A stretch of DNA of 64,000 bases from Raillietiella orientalis (Eukaryota). Positions within the stretch are counted from its first letter, which is position 1. Each line of letters begins with the position of its first letter. The notes beneath the pieces were generated by a model that did not search any database, was not told the origin of the DNA, and was given only the letters and a program-made list of their open reading frames with translations. Positions 1-13,100 of the stretch are shown piece by piece. The position numbers were made by a program, and so were the translations under genes. The stretch is taken from the NCBI GenBank assembly GCA_036172245.1, contig JAYWIR010000009.1, positions 2,418,001 through 2,482,000 on the forward strand, in the 5' to 3' direction.

Positions 1-1139
1 ACGTGAATGCACGCTGCATTGTAATCTGAACGGCAGCGAGGAAGACGGAGTTCGAGAAGAGCCAACTGGGGATGAACACGGAGATTACTCTTTTCGCGCT
101 ACTTGGCTTTCGGGATTGCACTCCGCCGATCCCCAGCCTTGCAGGAGCCGTACGGTTCGTACTCTAGGTTTCTTCGCCCGGTTTCGAACCGAAGAAGCTA
201 CAAGCACGTCTCAAAGAGTAACGGGTGGACAGGGTACGGCAGACGAATTTCATGGAAAGCAGCTAATCTTCTTATGCGATGAGGCACAGCTCACTCGCGA
301 TCCTAGCGGAACGCGCGTGAACTAAATGCCCAGCAGACAGGTGGGAAACTCCGGCAAAGCAATGTACCATTGCTCCAGCATCCAACAATCCCAACACTCA
401 CAGAGTAATGAAGAAGCGAAGCAGATCAGGAAGCATGTGGGCACCGCCTACAGCGCGTGCAAAGAGAAGCAAATGAAGATGGGGGGATGGCAGATTGATT
501 GTGAAGATGAATCGTTTCCTTGTACCCCCTATGGACGAGAATACCTTCCTTCCGCTCCACGAACAAAATTTGAACAAAAAGTGACCGCTGGGGACGAAGG
601 ATCAGCAAGCGGAAGCTGCGAAAAGCAAGCAGGAGCCAAGGATGCCCCGCTCTCAGATTATTTCATCACAGATCGCTGCGTCGTTAAAATGGTCTTTCAG
701 GAAACGTCAGGCTGAACAGAGTGGGTAGGCTGAGGTGCATGTCGCTCGCTCGGTCATAATGGGACTTTTCCCGGTTTCGCTAGAAAATGGTCTGATACGA
801 TTCCGGACGTTGCACCAGCATGCACGACGAGGGGAGTAACCGCTGGGTGCAAGAAATGGCTCCAGAAAAAAACGGTCGGGTGGAGAGACGGTCAGAGGAT
901 AAGTCTGCAGCACCTCTTTTCGCCTCTCTCCGCGCTCCAGGTTTCTCCTACGATTTTCGGAGATTCTTCTCTTGCTTCTCGGGAAATTTTCAGCTTTTTA
1001 AACAATTCATCATTTTCCGAATGCCAAGGTCCTAGAAACCCTGTGGCGATTTTTGTTAGCCAGCGGGCAGTCCTTTGGAAGCGAAGCAGAGATGCCATTC
1101 TTGACATTTGCCGTCCTACTTCTCGCTCGTCCACTCAAG

Positions 1140-1480
1140 TGCTTGTGTTGAATATTTATAGGAGCAACATCTTGAGTGCTTCCTGGATCTCCAGATCCAG
1201 CTATGCAAGTTTCCAGTCTTGCCAGAAAAGTTCTTCTTAGCTTTATGGCAACCATCAGATTCTCAGGAGCTATTGCGTTACATCCAGCCCTAAGAGATAG
1301 ATGTTCGTTCCTAGCATGTAGCTACTCACTTGCCTTGGGACTCTACGAATTCCTGAGGGTTGTTTGTTACACCTGCATGTATGATGAGATTCTTCCGGGA
1401 AGCAATCCACACTGATTCATGCACTTCCAGGAAGAGTGGAAAGAATGCAAGAAAACGTCATGAGGATGTTCCTTCCCCGT
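1140..1480 (+). mobile_element. Possible decayed Ty3/Gypsy RT remnant
   Basis: Ordered fragments CVEY, GNHQI, LHPALRDRCSF, GLYEFLR and VVCY...YDEIL mirror Gypsy RT motifs CVDY, GYHQI, KTAF, GLYEF and YxDDIL across frameshifts. Confidence 0.33.
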
Positions 1481-4400
1481 GGATCGCAGGCGAGTCTGGC
1501 AATGAAGATTGGGTAAAAAGCTACCAACCGGAAAAGCTTGTATATTCATCCTGGTGGAAGATGCCAAGGTTCTGGGAAGGGGTGATCTGGCGCGTTTGTT
1601 TGAGATAGCAGGAGGATCGGACGAGTTGTGTTCGATAGCTGACAAGATGAAGAATCAGAATGTAGGAGAAACCGTCGTGGGTGTAACCTTGGGATGGCCA
1701 CTTCTTGGAGGGAGGTCACTTCCTGTTCGTAGTATCTCTGTCGAACCAGGATTCTGTGCAAAACCTGGAGCCATTTTCCGAGATTGCCGAAAACCCAGTG
1801 AACTCGTTTTTCCCCTCTGTATCCAAGGTTCGTTCATCTGCAGCACCCCTAAAAGTCTGGAAGCACATCTGCGTAGCAACAGCTGCAAGGAACAGAGTGT
1901 GGGCAGCGACAAATGTGCCCGCCGATGAAAACTTTGCCCTCATCTATTCATGCGTGCAAGTAGAAGTTTCGATTGCCCCTTCCACGCACTTCCAGGTCCT
2001 TCCACCTTCACGTTCCCGCGGATGTCCGTCCTCCGCCTGACTGTTGCAGGAATCTCCTCATCCCCCGAGCCTTCTGATTTCTCCTTCTGATCTTTTTTTT
2101 CTTTTTCTTGTTTGTTCTGCTTGCTGTTGTCATTTTCTCTCGATCTCGGTCTCGCACACGACTGTTCCCCGTCGCTTCAGCTGCTCGAGCTCTGGCAGAG
2201 GTGGGAAACGAGCGGGGACAAAACAGCGCGACGTCTGGAAGCTCATCGCGAACTGCGTGAAAGCTGCAAGGTCTTGGAGCTCCTGGTTTCCTTCCGGGTT
2301 TCCTCTTGACTCTTGCTCCATCTTCCACGCCACGAAAGTACTCCATAGAGCCCGTATGTTTTCTGATGACCACCTGAGTTCGCTGGTGGTCGGCGTGGGC
2401 GAACACGGAGCACCTGAGGATTGAGGTTGAGTGTCGAGACGAAGATCCGCAAGATGGCAGAAGACTGGGTCGGCTATCCACAAAAATGGGAAGAACTCCG
2501 AACCCTCTTGGAGGCTGCACTATCAACTTAGTAAGAGACTGAGTTTGTTCCAACCATTTTTTTGCTTCTCTTCTGCGCGTGGTATGCGCCTCGTCTTCCG
2601 GAGGGCAAGAGCGCTCAGGAAGGCCTTCCTGCAAGCCCTCGCTGCAGGTGGACAGCCCGATGTCAGACGGCGAGCTGCTTCCGAACGAGAAGACAAAGCA
2701 TGTGCTTCGCCTCCCCGTTCTTCTCGTCCATCCCATTCCCTGTGGTTACCTGGCAACCTGCACTTAGGGCAGTGAAAAATAACTCCACTTCGTATTCATA
2801 GATTCGAACAGGCGTTTGACCTGTGTTTCAAAAGAGGGACCCCAGTCCCTGTTTTTTTTTTTTTTTTTTTCATTTCATATCTGAGGAATCCAATCTGAGG
2901 AGATAAAACACACACACGCTTCGCTAGCACTCGCTAAATCCTTCACTGTTTCCTAAATTCGAATTTTGCAGGTGCTGTTCTCTCCATAGTTCCTTGTTTC
3001 CTAGTTCGCCTATTGTCAATTACAGTGGAACTTTCAAAATTGCATCCCGCATTCTTAAAGGAAATGATGACTTTCAGGGAGCAGACCAACACAGGTGCTC
3101 TTTTGAAAAATAAAGCTGTCTCATGCACATCTCACCATAGGCGCGCGTGTGTTTGCAATACCCAGCAACCCGATTGAAATCCATACCAGGTGTCGGTCCC
3201 TAGTTATCCAGGCGGCAGGGTGATTTTCCTGACACTATTTCCCGAGCCAGCAATCAAGCAAACACACAAACAGGAAACACAGTGTTCTTCAGATCTATCC
3301 TTCGCTGATGTATTCACGGTTTTTCTGCACGTTCTGGGACGGACAGGGGTGCGCGGAGGGCAGGGGTGGGTGTGGTCGGTTAGGTAGCGCGCTTTATCTT
3401 GACCCTTCCGTCATGTTTTCTGGAGTAGCTGGTTGTCCGCTTCCCGGATTTTGCTCAGGATGCAGCGGGCGGTCCACGCTGGCATCCCACCGCATTCTCT
3501 GATTCCGATTTCGCGCCGTCAAGAGATAAAGGTATCTTTGGACTAACTCAAAAGAAGTGCTGGACGCCGCTGAAGACGTAGATTATGAAGACCTAGAGCA
3601 GGAGGTCGTTATACTGAATATTGCTATAAAAGAGCTTACACAGGACGTAAGGGAATGCAATTTCTTACACCCTGTAAGAATTCCACTGCGACCGTATATG
3701 AACTCGATGTAAAAAGTGGAGCAACAAACAACAACAACAAAAAAAAGGGAATCGAATCTAAGAATCGGTAATCTAACGTGAGGAAATCGGAAAGATCGGC
3801 ATTTCAAGCTGGAAAAGCGCGTTCCAGAAGGAAAGAATGACCTTGCACATCTGTATCCGATGGAAACGAGTCAGAGTCTCTCGTCGAGACGCGCGGATCC
3901 AAGCAGCCAGGCGGCGGTGGATGGAAAAAAACAAACTCGAATTTATTCTCCGGTCCTCCTGCAAAATGCATTACGCAGCGGGAAAACGAAAGAAAATCCG
4001 ATGCACGGCACGAATCACCGAGGGCCCTACGTCTATTAGTGGAAGCAGCGGCAGAGCAGGTAGAGGAAAGTCGTCACACTCTACGCGCTTTCCGTAGAAT
4101 TCAGGCGGGGGAAATCTTCGCTTGTATTCGCCAAACTCCGCGCTTTTCCCTAGAGGCGTCTTCTTCAGCATTCGCTCCCCGTGAGCGGGAAACTCGGCTC
4201 CCGAAAGAGCGGGCAGGCTCCGGAGAAAATAGAGAGATCCCACCTGGAAGCACGGGAGAACTGCGAAAAGCACATCTACGTCGAAAGCGTGGGATTTTTT
4301 GCAGATGCCGTTGCCCAGAAGAATCCAGCCTCCTCCTTCCGAGCTCCATCGGCTCTGTAGCTGCTGCCCCTCGCGGGCGTGAGACGGTTCGCGGGAGGAA

Positions 4401-4568
4401 TGCCACAGGAAGAAAGGTGCCATCCGAAGGTACAGCGGAGTCGCATCTGAAGTCACCTAGAAGACGAAGGCATTCTGTTCCTGGAGTGACAGTGCCCGAA
4501 CGAGCCCTCCGCCTCCTCCTTGACGAAGAGTGCGATCATCTCTTGAACGGCATGGACGCCCGCAGGGA

Positions 4569-6502
4569 TCACACGGGAAGTTTTTCGTACTCTCGAGCGG
4601 CTGCTGGAGCGCACCATGAAACGCCGGTGAGCGGTCGGCACCCCGCGAAGAGACTGCCATCCACGTGGAGACCTCCGTGTGCATCGGGAACGGGGAACTC
4701 GCGATTGGATTCGCCAGGCAGTCCCTGCAGCAAGGCATGAGCCGGAGATAAAGCCAGCCTGCTCGTGATGAGAATGCTGGAAATGTGGTCCTTTCGAATG
4801 CTCACGAGGCTCGGATGGTAATCCAGAGTGTTCTTCCACAGGACGCAATCAAATTTTCCTTTTTAATAGGAAAACTTATTGCATTTCTTCTTTTCCTCCT
4901 TCTTCTTCTTCTTCCTTTTTTTTTGGAGAGAGAGGGGAGGGGTAGCCATTCTGTCTGGAAGTGAAGTATACTTCTCGTACTAATGATAAATTCTCGTGCT
5001 CCGTAAAATTGCCATCCAGAGTGACGACACCAAACGAGATGCCTGATCCGAGGGAAGTGCGAAACTCGTACAGGATTTCGTACATGACTCTGGACGGAGC
5101 CACAGACCGGGGGTCGCGTGAACTGCTTCGTATCCGTTGCTCACGGCACCGTGACCTTGAAACCGAGGTCCGTGCACGTGCCCTCATCGCGCGAGGGGTT
5201 TCAAAAAAGAGTTCTGGATGCTGCGGCGGATGTGACTCGAGCAGCATCCCGTTCGAGTGACGGAGGTCCGAATCATGGGCTGGGGAATGGAGCGGCACCA
5301 GGAACAAATGGCAGATGGAGAACTTCGAAGGGGGGAAGGGGGAGGGTTCCAGAAGAGTGCGGAGATGCTCGATGAGCGTCGCGAGCGAGAGGACGGAGCT
5401 TTATCCGGAATCATGGGGGAGCACTCTTACCTCGGCTCCGCCCCGCGCTAAACCGGAAGGGAAGAGCTCTGCGACCCACCTGACCTCTGGCAGGGGGCGG
5501 GCCCTTCGCATCGTCTCGCGGGATCGCATGAGCGCTGCAGAGAGCAGAAGGGGAGGGTCTCCAAAAAGTGGACGCCCACGAAGCAGCAGCACCGAAAGCG
5601 GGAAGAGGAGCGTCATGCTCTTGACACCATAGCCGCGTGCTCCTGCCCGCAGAATCGTAAAGCTGGAGCCAAAAAATAAAAAATAAAAATCACGCCGGCG
5701 CTTGACTGCGCACTTCGCAGCTCGTCGGGAAGCTGAACAACTCGCACTCGGAGAACGCGGAAGGATCTCGAATCGAATGCCTCTCCTGCCAGATGCTGCA
5801 GATTCATCTCTGCTGAGTCGCATGATTGTCATAACGAGCTCTCTTCCTCCCTTGGCACGCTGGCATCCTTATCGAGCCGGGGTCCCACTCCGTTCACTTG
5901 CTCGGATCCCAAAAGCACGTTTTGGCGAATCCGAAGCGGTGGCGGCGGAAAACCTCTCGGAGGCGCGCGCCCCACGAATGCGGAGGAGTGCGCGGAAAAT
6001 TTTCTTCCGCGGCCGCCCGAGGGTGCTCGACGCCTTGGCTGCTACAGAGCATCTCCGACCTCAAAGCGAAAAGACCAAAAGAATTCATCTCGAAGATTTT
6101 CAAGGAGGAGTTCTTGTAGGATGGAGCTCAGCGCCAAAAGACATCTTCCCATCCCACGAGGCAATCGCAGTGTCATCTTCCAGCTGTTTCCGTAGGCGGG
6201 AGGGAAAAAAAAAAAAAATCTTTTCCCGCTTAACTGCTTCTCGGAGAAGACCTTTGCTTGCCTCGGCGTAAAAGAGAAATTGTCCTGCCATTCCCTCGGC
6301 TGCTGGAGCTTCAGAAAATTCCCGATGGGAAGTTTCCGAAAGTGGCTCACTGCGTGTGTGTGTCCCCCGTGGGCTTTCGTGGCTGCGCTTACAGCCGGCT
6401 GAGGAAGTTCGGTCTCACCCCACACCGCAACGGCCTGCTCCTCATCTCCGTCCGGATTCTTGAGGAGGCAGACCCCGGCTTCCTGCTCCCCTCCGATGCA
6501 AC
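4569..6502 (-). CDS. Tentative multi-exon gene of unknown function (exons 6419-6502, 5431-5534, 4981-5322, 4569-4724)
   Basis: Donors GTGAGA, GTAAGA and GTACGA plus AG acceptors chain in phase (1-1, 1-0, 0-0, 0-stop) without internal stops: GCIGGEQEAGVCLL...VW/ALMRSRETMRRARPLPEVRWVAELFPSG...GAE/FSICHLFLVPLH...GNFTEHENLSL/GLPGESNRE...EKLPV*. No secure homology. Confidence 0.33.
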
Positions 6503-7142
6503 CTGCGACCAATTAGTGCGCCTCGTGGTGCACGCACTTCGTCATCGATCGGTTCTCTGGAACTCTCTTTCCAGCACCTCGACCGCGTCTCCTGCTTTTT
6601 AATAACCTGGTTTCCATCGATGATTGCTGCGCGGAAGCCCAAGCACGGAGGGCCCCGCATTCAGCCGTGAGCTGCCGTCCCGTGCTCCCCGCGAGTTCCC
6701 GAAGAATCTCTGTAGCCAGGCGATTTCTCAATGTCACCGGTCAGGCGGAACATGGGAGGAAGCGTGCTCAGGGGAATTTCAAACCACGAGAGTCGTTGGT
6801 AAACTCATTACATAATTGATAACCAGACCGAACGAGCCTAATTAGGCATCCTTAATGCTTGCAAAAGGAGCTCTGGAAGATTACGCCTTCTTTGCGGGAA
6901 GAGACCTTGCTGATCGATGACTGGTGTTTTGGTCTTCGGACGCCCGTGAGCTCTGCTCCTGAGAGGAGCGCATCTGTCGAGCTGCCTCCCTCCTGCCCAC
7001 GTGGAAACGTCCGAACCACCGATTTTCGCCCGGAAGGCGGTGTTTCTGCACCTTCAACCACACATCGTTCCACAATTCCCGTTTCTTCTTTTTCTTAAAG
7101 GCCAGTAGCGACCTCGCGGGAAGATCTTCATTATTGGTCCAG

Positions 7143-7848
7143 GATGATGGAAGTTGATCCTTGGGCTTCTGCCGTCTTCGCTGCCTTTCTTCCAGACTTT
7201 CTGTTCTCAACAAGTGCTGAAGACCGTTCGTCTCCTTAGGGAAGGCTCACGGAACTCTTGGGCACTGTCCACTGCATCTGAGGGTGCGTGTGACTCTTCA
7301 ATTTATAGGGGGTATCCCGGTGGTACCAGCCTTCGAATGCAGGTAGGGTTCCGGAGGAAGCAGTTCGTTCCTCTCACGCCTGAGAGGGAATCCCCGAAGG
7401 GAACCTCTGCAACTGGTTGTCCCCGAAGGCAACCCCGGAGGGAACTGCTTCCTTGTTCCCTACAGAGCGACTCCATAGAAGGAGATACTTTTCGTTTTTC
7501 CTTCAGAGGGAACCCGCAGGGGAACTGTTTCCTGCATCTCTGAAGTGAACCCCGAAGGGAAACTTCCCGATTTCTCTGGGGGGCCTAGTCCCCGAAGGGA
7601 GCAGTGCACTTCTTGGACACTCTGGAGAGGCAGCCTTCGTCCGGTCAACGGATGCATCCGTTTTTTTCCAGCGTCTCACCCTAAACCTACAGGTCAACCA
7701 GGGTCATCCTGCCGGAAGGGGGGGCACTCGACACACCCACGCCGCACCCATTTGTCGGCGTCGACTTCACCCCGGGTGGGATTCGAACGCGCAAAACGAT
7801 TGGAGCCGCTCGTGGAGACCGAGGCAACACGCGGCCGTCACCGCGGGT
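7143..7848 (-). mobile_element. SINE-like element, copy A (divergent subfamily)
   Basis: B-box on the minus strand (plus gggattcgaac 7778-7788). Shared body motifs gttcctctcacgcctg, agggaacccgcagggg and ccccgaaggga; shared terminus gatgatggaa...atcctt at 7143. Confidence 0.6.
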
Positions 7849-10060
7849 GTGGGGTTAGGTTGCTGGCAGAGCCTCTTCCGTAGGTCGGCATCGTTCTTGA
7901 ATCGGAAGATGACCGAAGAGGAAAATGCAGGCTTTCCGTCGCCTTGCATAGCTTCGGCACCTTGGTGTTTTTTCTCTGGGGTGATTCGGTCACCGTGTAA
8001 TCTGTCCTGGGGCATCGACCGGATCTGCTTCTCCTTTTGTCTTATACAGCCGTGTTATCAACGTTGAAGAACAAGCCAGCTGCTCATTGATGTAAACCGG
8101 TTACCATGCGAACGTGTGTTTTATGTATCGAACGGAGCGCATAAAGGGAAACGTTCCCTGTTCATTCCCGCAGATCCCAGCCCGATTTCTCGATCGGTCT
8201 GGAATCCGGAAACTAGCTCTCGCGCCGTCCTCGTGTCCCAGAATCTGTGGAATCAGCTCGAAATCCGGGAAAGCAACTGCTTTCTGCAGAAAGGGAACTT
8301 TGGGATGGGAGAGGATTCAAGTCCTGTGGTAACCTAGGAAACCTTGTTAGAGAGGTCAGTAAGGAAGATGCAGTTTTGGTGCGAAGTCGTTGGGGAAAGC
8401 GCGGCACATTTCCTTTTCTGCTGAAAATGCCCTGTGGATGTCTTCCGTGCCACTTGGGCCGCAGCGGTTGCCGCGGAAACGCAGGCGGTGCGTCTCTGGT
8501 GCTGAACCGAAATTCTCCACTCCATCTTGCGGATCGCATCGGAAGGAGAAAACGCTCTTGCGGGCTTTCGACTTCCGGTAGGTGTTTTGCGCGCTCCAGC
8601 ATTCTGAAAGGACCTACACACACACAGACCACCCTCGATTTGCCTTATCAGTGTGGTGCGGCGGCGTCATCCTCCCTACTGCACCGATGAGGGGGGGAGG
8701 GGGGCGAGACGTACGCCCAATTCCACCCTTTCAACGAAGCAAAAGAGCACGCATAAATAAACGGAGCCGACAGAATATTTCAAAGCACGCGATAAAACTG
8801 ACTTGAAAGGCTGCTGCTGAGAAGAAGGTTCGGTGGTGGTGCGTAAATTACGCTCATCAGGCTGGAGGCGAGGAAGGGCTTCTGCAGCTGGCTATGGAAC
8901 ACCTCCAAACAGCGAGATCCAGGGAGGTTGCCGTAGGAGCGCCCAGCTGAGGGGCGCTGATCGTACGGAAGTCCCGTGCGTTGCCTTTCCTGACGTCACA
9001 ACCGAAGCCGAAAGTACGTGCATCAGTCGTCTTTACGAATGCATTGAACCCATAATAACACATGGTGTGATACTGTGAAAATTAAGCGTTCTCGCGTCGG
9101 AATTATTCCTCGTTATTCTCGCTATAATTTTTCCAAGGCTCTATAAATCTTTTCCGTCAACTACATTCGTCCTTGTCTCCAAGCAATGCCCGAAATGACT
9201 CTTCCAGGGTACCTGAAATGGGATATTAATATCCCTCCAGATATTCTCCTCATCTCGAACCAGCGCAGCAAACATGGCAATCCATAAAGGCACGTAAGGC
9301 GAAAACACATTAAAAGAAATTTTGTTTGTATTCGAAACTGTACACGAGCGCAATTTTCCGTCCCGATCGGAGAGTGTCCCATCTTTGATTCGGAATTGCC
9401 ATCCGATGGTTAATGGCATACCATTATCACAATGTTACTCCTCAGCGGGGAAATGACACTATAATTTACTCTAATTCAGGAAGAGCGAGGCAGCTTGAGG
9501 GAAGTCCGCTTCCAAGACGAGCTAATCCTTTTGAGTTTCACACCACGGGCAGCCTCCAGGAAGATGGCCCGTCCCGTGTGCCGTTGAAATCTCAAATTGC
9601 ATGCAATTTGGAGGGTAAAAAAATTCACGGCTTTTCAATTGCATCCTGTCCATCTAATTATATGAATAAACTGTGAGGAGGATAGGATAATTCTATGGGG
9701 ATGTGGCACGCACGCTCGGACATGTTCTCGATTGCCAAATAATTTGATTTTATGACACAATGACACCTGATAAGCTTTGGGGCGAAATCATAATTTTACG
9801 GAGGGTAGTCACATACCGGAGCGGGCCCAAGGCACGGAATCCACAGCGGCGATGCCCTTCGGCCCGCGGTCCTTATCGTCAACCCGATATGGAAATGCCG
9901 GATCCTGAAAGGCGTCCCAGCAGGAATTAAGGGAACCCCGGACGCCGCCGCGCGAACTTTTCGAATTCGATCAGGTGGGAGTGGAGAGGAGCGGCTCGGC
10001 TCGGGAAGGAAGAAGGACACTTTGACAGGAGGAGGGTAAATAAACACGCCTTCTGCCTGC

Positions 10061-10175
10061 CTGCAGCTCGGACAGCCCGTAGGCAGCAGAAGGGCAGCAG
10101 CAGCAGCAGCAGCACGCAGCGGCCTCGCAGGCAGGAAAGAAGGCGACCAGGAAATTGCCCCGCGATGCGGCGCAT
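10061..10175 (-). CDS. Putative signal-peptide first exon of an unknown secreted protein
   Basis: MRRIAGQFPGRLLSCLRGRCVLLLLLLPFCCLRAVRAA has a basic N-region, a Leu core and an AxA-like cleavage site. The phase-compatible donor is non-canonical (AG|GCAGGC), and the Leu run is a CTG microsatellite, so this may be chance. Confidence 0.3.
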
Positions 10176-13100
10176 GAATTTTTCATATTTAATTCCCCAT
10201 TTTGTCGCTTCGCGTTAAGATATAAATTTTACATTTTACAGTGAATTGGACAAGTCGGCGCTGTCCATGCCAGGCGAAAGGCCGCCGCGCGCTCTCTCTT
10301 CCAAGCGCCCTTTTTTTTACTCGGAAACGGGGGATTCCCGTGCATGCAACCCCGCTGGAGGAGTTCTTCTCGACGTTTACCTGAACATCCTCCGTCCCGG
10401 CAGACCTCAGAATTTGGTCCGCAAGCACGACCGGTTTAGCGACCCGCGCTGCTCAATCGACCGAAGAAAGAAGCAGCTCCACCCAAACTGAATGGCGCTA
10501 AAAATCGCTACCGGGAGGGAAATTTTCCAAGCATCCCGGCACCCGGTGCACTTGCTCCTTGCTTTCATTTACCGGATGGATTGCACACCATTTGCTAAGA
10601 ATAATCGCCCGAAGCAATGGCGCAAACACGTGCGACTCCTCGACCAGGCAGCTCACCCATCTTCGCGGAAAATTCGTCCCGGAGTTTCTTTCCGGGATGC
10701 GGGATGCACTTGATTGATGTCGTCCATTTTTCCATCCGCACTTGTTCCGGAGGATGCGCCAGCTGTGCTCCAGCAGCAGCTCTTCGCATCGCCTTGTGTT
10801 CCGAAAGGCACGTCGCCTTCCCGAAGTGTCCCTGCTGCTGCCACTTGAACCGGCCCGATCCATCGAAGGCACGCACCCAGAGCCCGGGGAGTGGCAGCAG
10901 TCGGTAGCTGCTCTCATGCTGCTCTTTAGCACGAAAGGTAGGCAGTCTATTGAAGACATCCAAACGCTAGTGGGAGTCAGCAGTTTATCAGCGACCGGTC
11001 CTGAGTTATTTGCAATGTTCTGAAAAGCCGTCTGCGAATGATGGTGCGCAAACAACTGGCTCAATCGCTGACCAAAACACTTATCTGCTAGCCGATAAGA
11101 ACGGCGACGGTCCCTGCTGACGTCCGGGCTCTTGAGAGCTCCGAGGGAATGCCTCTCCCTCACTGCCTTTCAGGTGATCCGTCATTTGGAAATCTCGCGT
11201 CTTGAATTCGGAAGGGTGCCGTCGGAACCCCGTTCAGTGGAGTCTCTCGTAGGCGGGGAAGATGCCCTCTCGTGGACCATCGTGGTGTCAGCAGCCACAA
11301 TACCAAGAACTTAGGTCTAAGGACGTGCATGCTGGTTTTTTTTCTTCGTAGAAATTCGCAGTGTGCCGGATGAAGCCTGGCGGCATCTTCAGGGCGGGGA
11401 AGCGAAAATTCCTTCCCACAGGATTCCGTCCTTTGACGACAACCTGGTCTTTTCGTTGGACGGGGTTCTGCGAAACATGGCGCCCGGCACCCGTGTAATG
11501 ATTGTAGATCATTTACCGACACATAAATATGTTATCCGAATGAAAACTGCCTGAAGCACGTGTGTCCTACACGGCTTTTCCATTGCGTCCTGTAGGAAGG
11601 AGGAGGAAGGCAGCCAAGAACGCGTTTTGACAAATGATTCCGGAATAGCACGCGGGCATGCTGCATTTTCTAATTTTGAGAAACTGCATTTCACAAAAGT
11701 AATCTGAATCATTGAGTTAAAAAATGGGAATGCCGCTTTTTGCACCAATCTAATTCCCTTCCATACGGTCCTGTAGCGGCGACGTGTCGACAGTACGCAT
11801 TTCCGTCAAAAGAGCACGCGAGGTCGCGAAGCCGACGGGCACCGTGGATCGAACACTGCTCGAACACGAGTGTCTGTGCGACATTTTTCATAATGTTCGC
11901 ACTCGGAGGGAGAACGGATGCGTCCGACGCGTGCTGTGAAAGCATATAAGGTTGCGGGAATCTTTCCACGAGCCACGGAAGATCTTTGCTTCGAACCGTG
12001 CCTTGGACATGCGTGCTTCAGGCAGTTCTCTTCGGGAAGAACACCTCGAATCGTCCCGGTATGCATCCGGCATGCGCCTCGCCCATGAAATCCTGCACCT
12101 CTGGGAAGCAAAGTGGGTGAGATCACCCTTTGGTGCGAGCTGGAAACCGACCTCTTGTTCCTTAAACGGAACACGGTCCCGATGAGCACTTCTCTGAAAT
12201 TTTGCACTGAGTTTCTCAACGGTCCAGCCTGTTCGCAGCTCCTCCCCATCCTTGCAATCGGATTTGAATCCCTCGCGCGAGTTCGGTGGAGAAACTCGCG
12301 CTAAGATACGTCCGAAAGTGCTCCGAAGCCGTGGAAGAACGCGCACAGTTAGCACGGGCTCATTCCCTCCAGAAAATAATGACTTAATAACGTCATTCTG
12401 GATGATGAGCGTTAGAAGATTAGAAACTTGGACCGGCGCGAGAGCCACTATGCGCTTCCCCCATTTCGTCTGAACGTTTTCTTGCTGACGTCGACGACGT
12501 GGAATCGTCCGGAGGCACACATAGACTTCCGAGGTCGACACATACCAGAAGACAGACCGAGTCAACCAGACTCCCTAAAGGAAGTGATTCCCGAACTGGT
12601 GGCTTCCTCTCTAACACAAAAAGGGTAAAAGAACGTGCAATGGTTTCTCCGGTTTCTTTTTTTTGTTGTTTGTTTTAGACGCGAAGATTGCTTCCTCTCG
12701 CTGCATGCGTGTTGCACGAGGGCTAGGATGCGGGATGCAGCAAACCAGCGGTCCCGACCGACACGAATCGGTGAAATGGGAGGTTTTTTCGGGAACGGTT
12801 GTCTGATGAACACCTGCAACGTCTTCAAAGGCGACCGCCGCCGATCGGGAAAGGAAGCCGAGAGGGTGGATCTTCTCCCGAAGATCCAGTGGTCAGCGCG
12901 ATCACCTACGTCACAGCGCCGGCCGAAGGACTTTCTTCCTCCGCTCATAACCCCGATTGAAGCACGCATGACAAAGCCGTCTGGATGACGGATGCAAGCG
13001 GGATGAGAGTTTCCACGCGAGGCCATCAGTTTTCCTGCGAACCGAGGTCGACATGGACCCATTTTAAGAATGCCTGTCATTCTCCTGATTGCATTCGCAC

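Noticed and set aside
2008..2775. Overlapping ORFs of 110-240 aa
   Set aside because: No recognisable domain or consistent splice model; compatible with GC-rich background.
11174..11554. Two exon-like plus-strand segments with plausible splice sites
   Set aside because: No phase combination joins them without a stop, and no homology was recognised.
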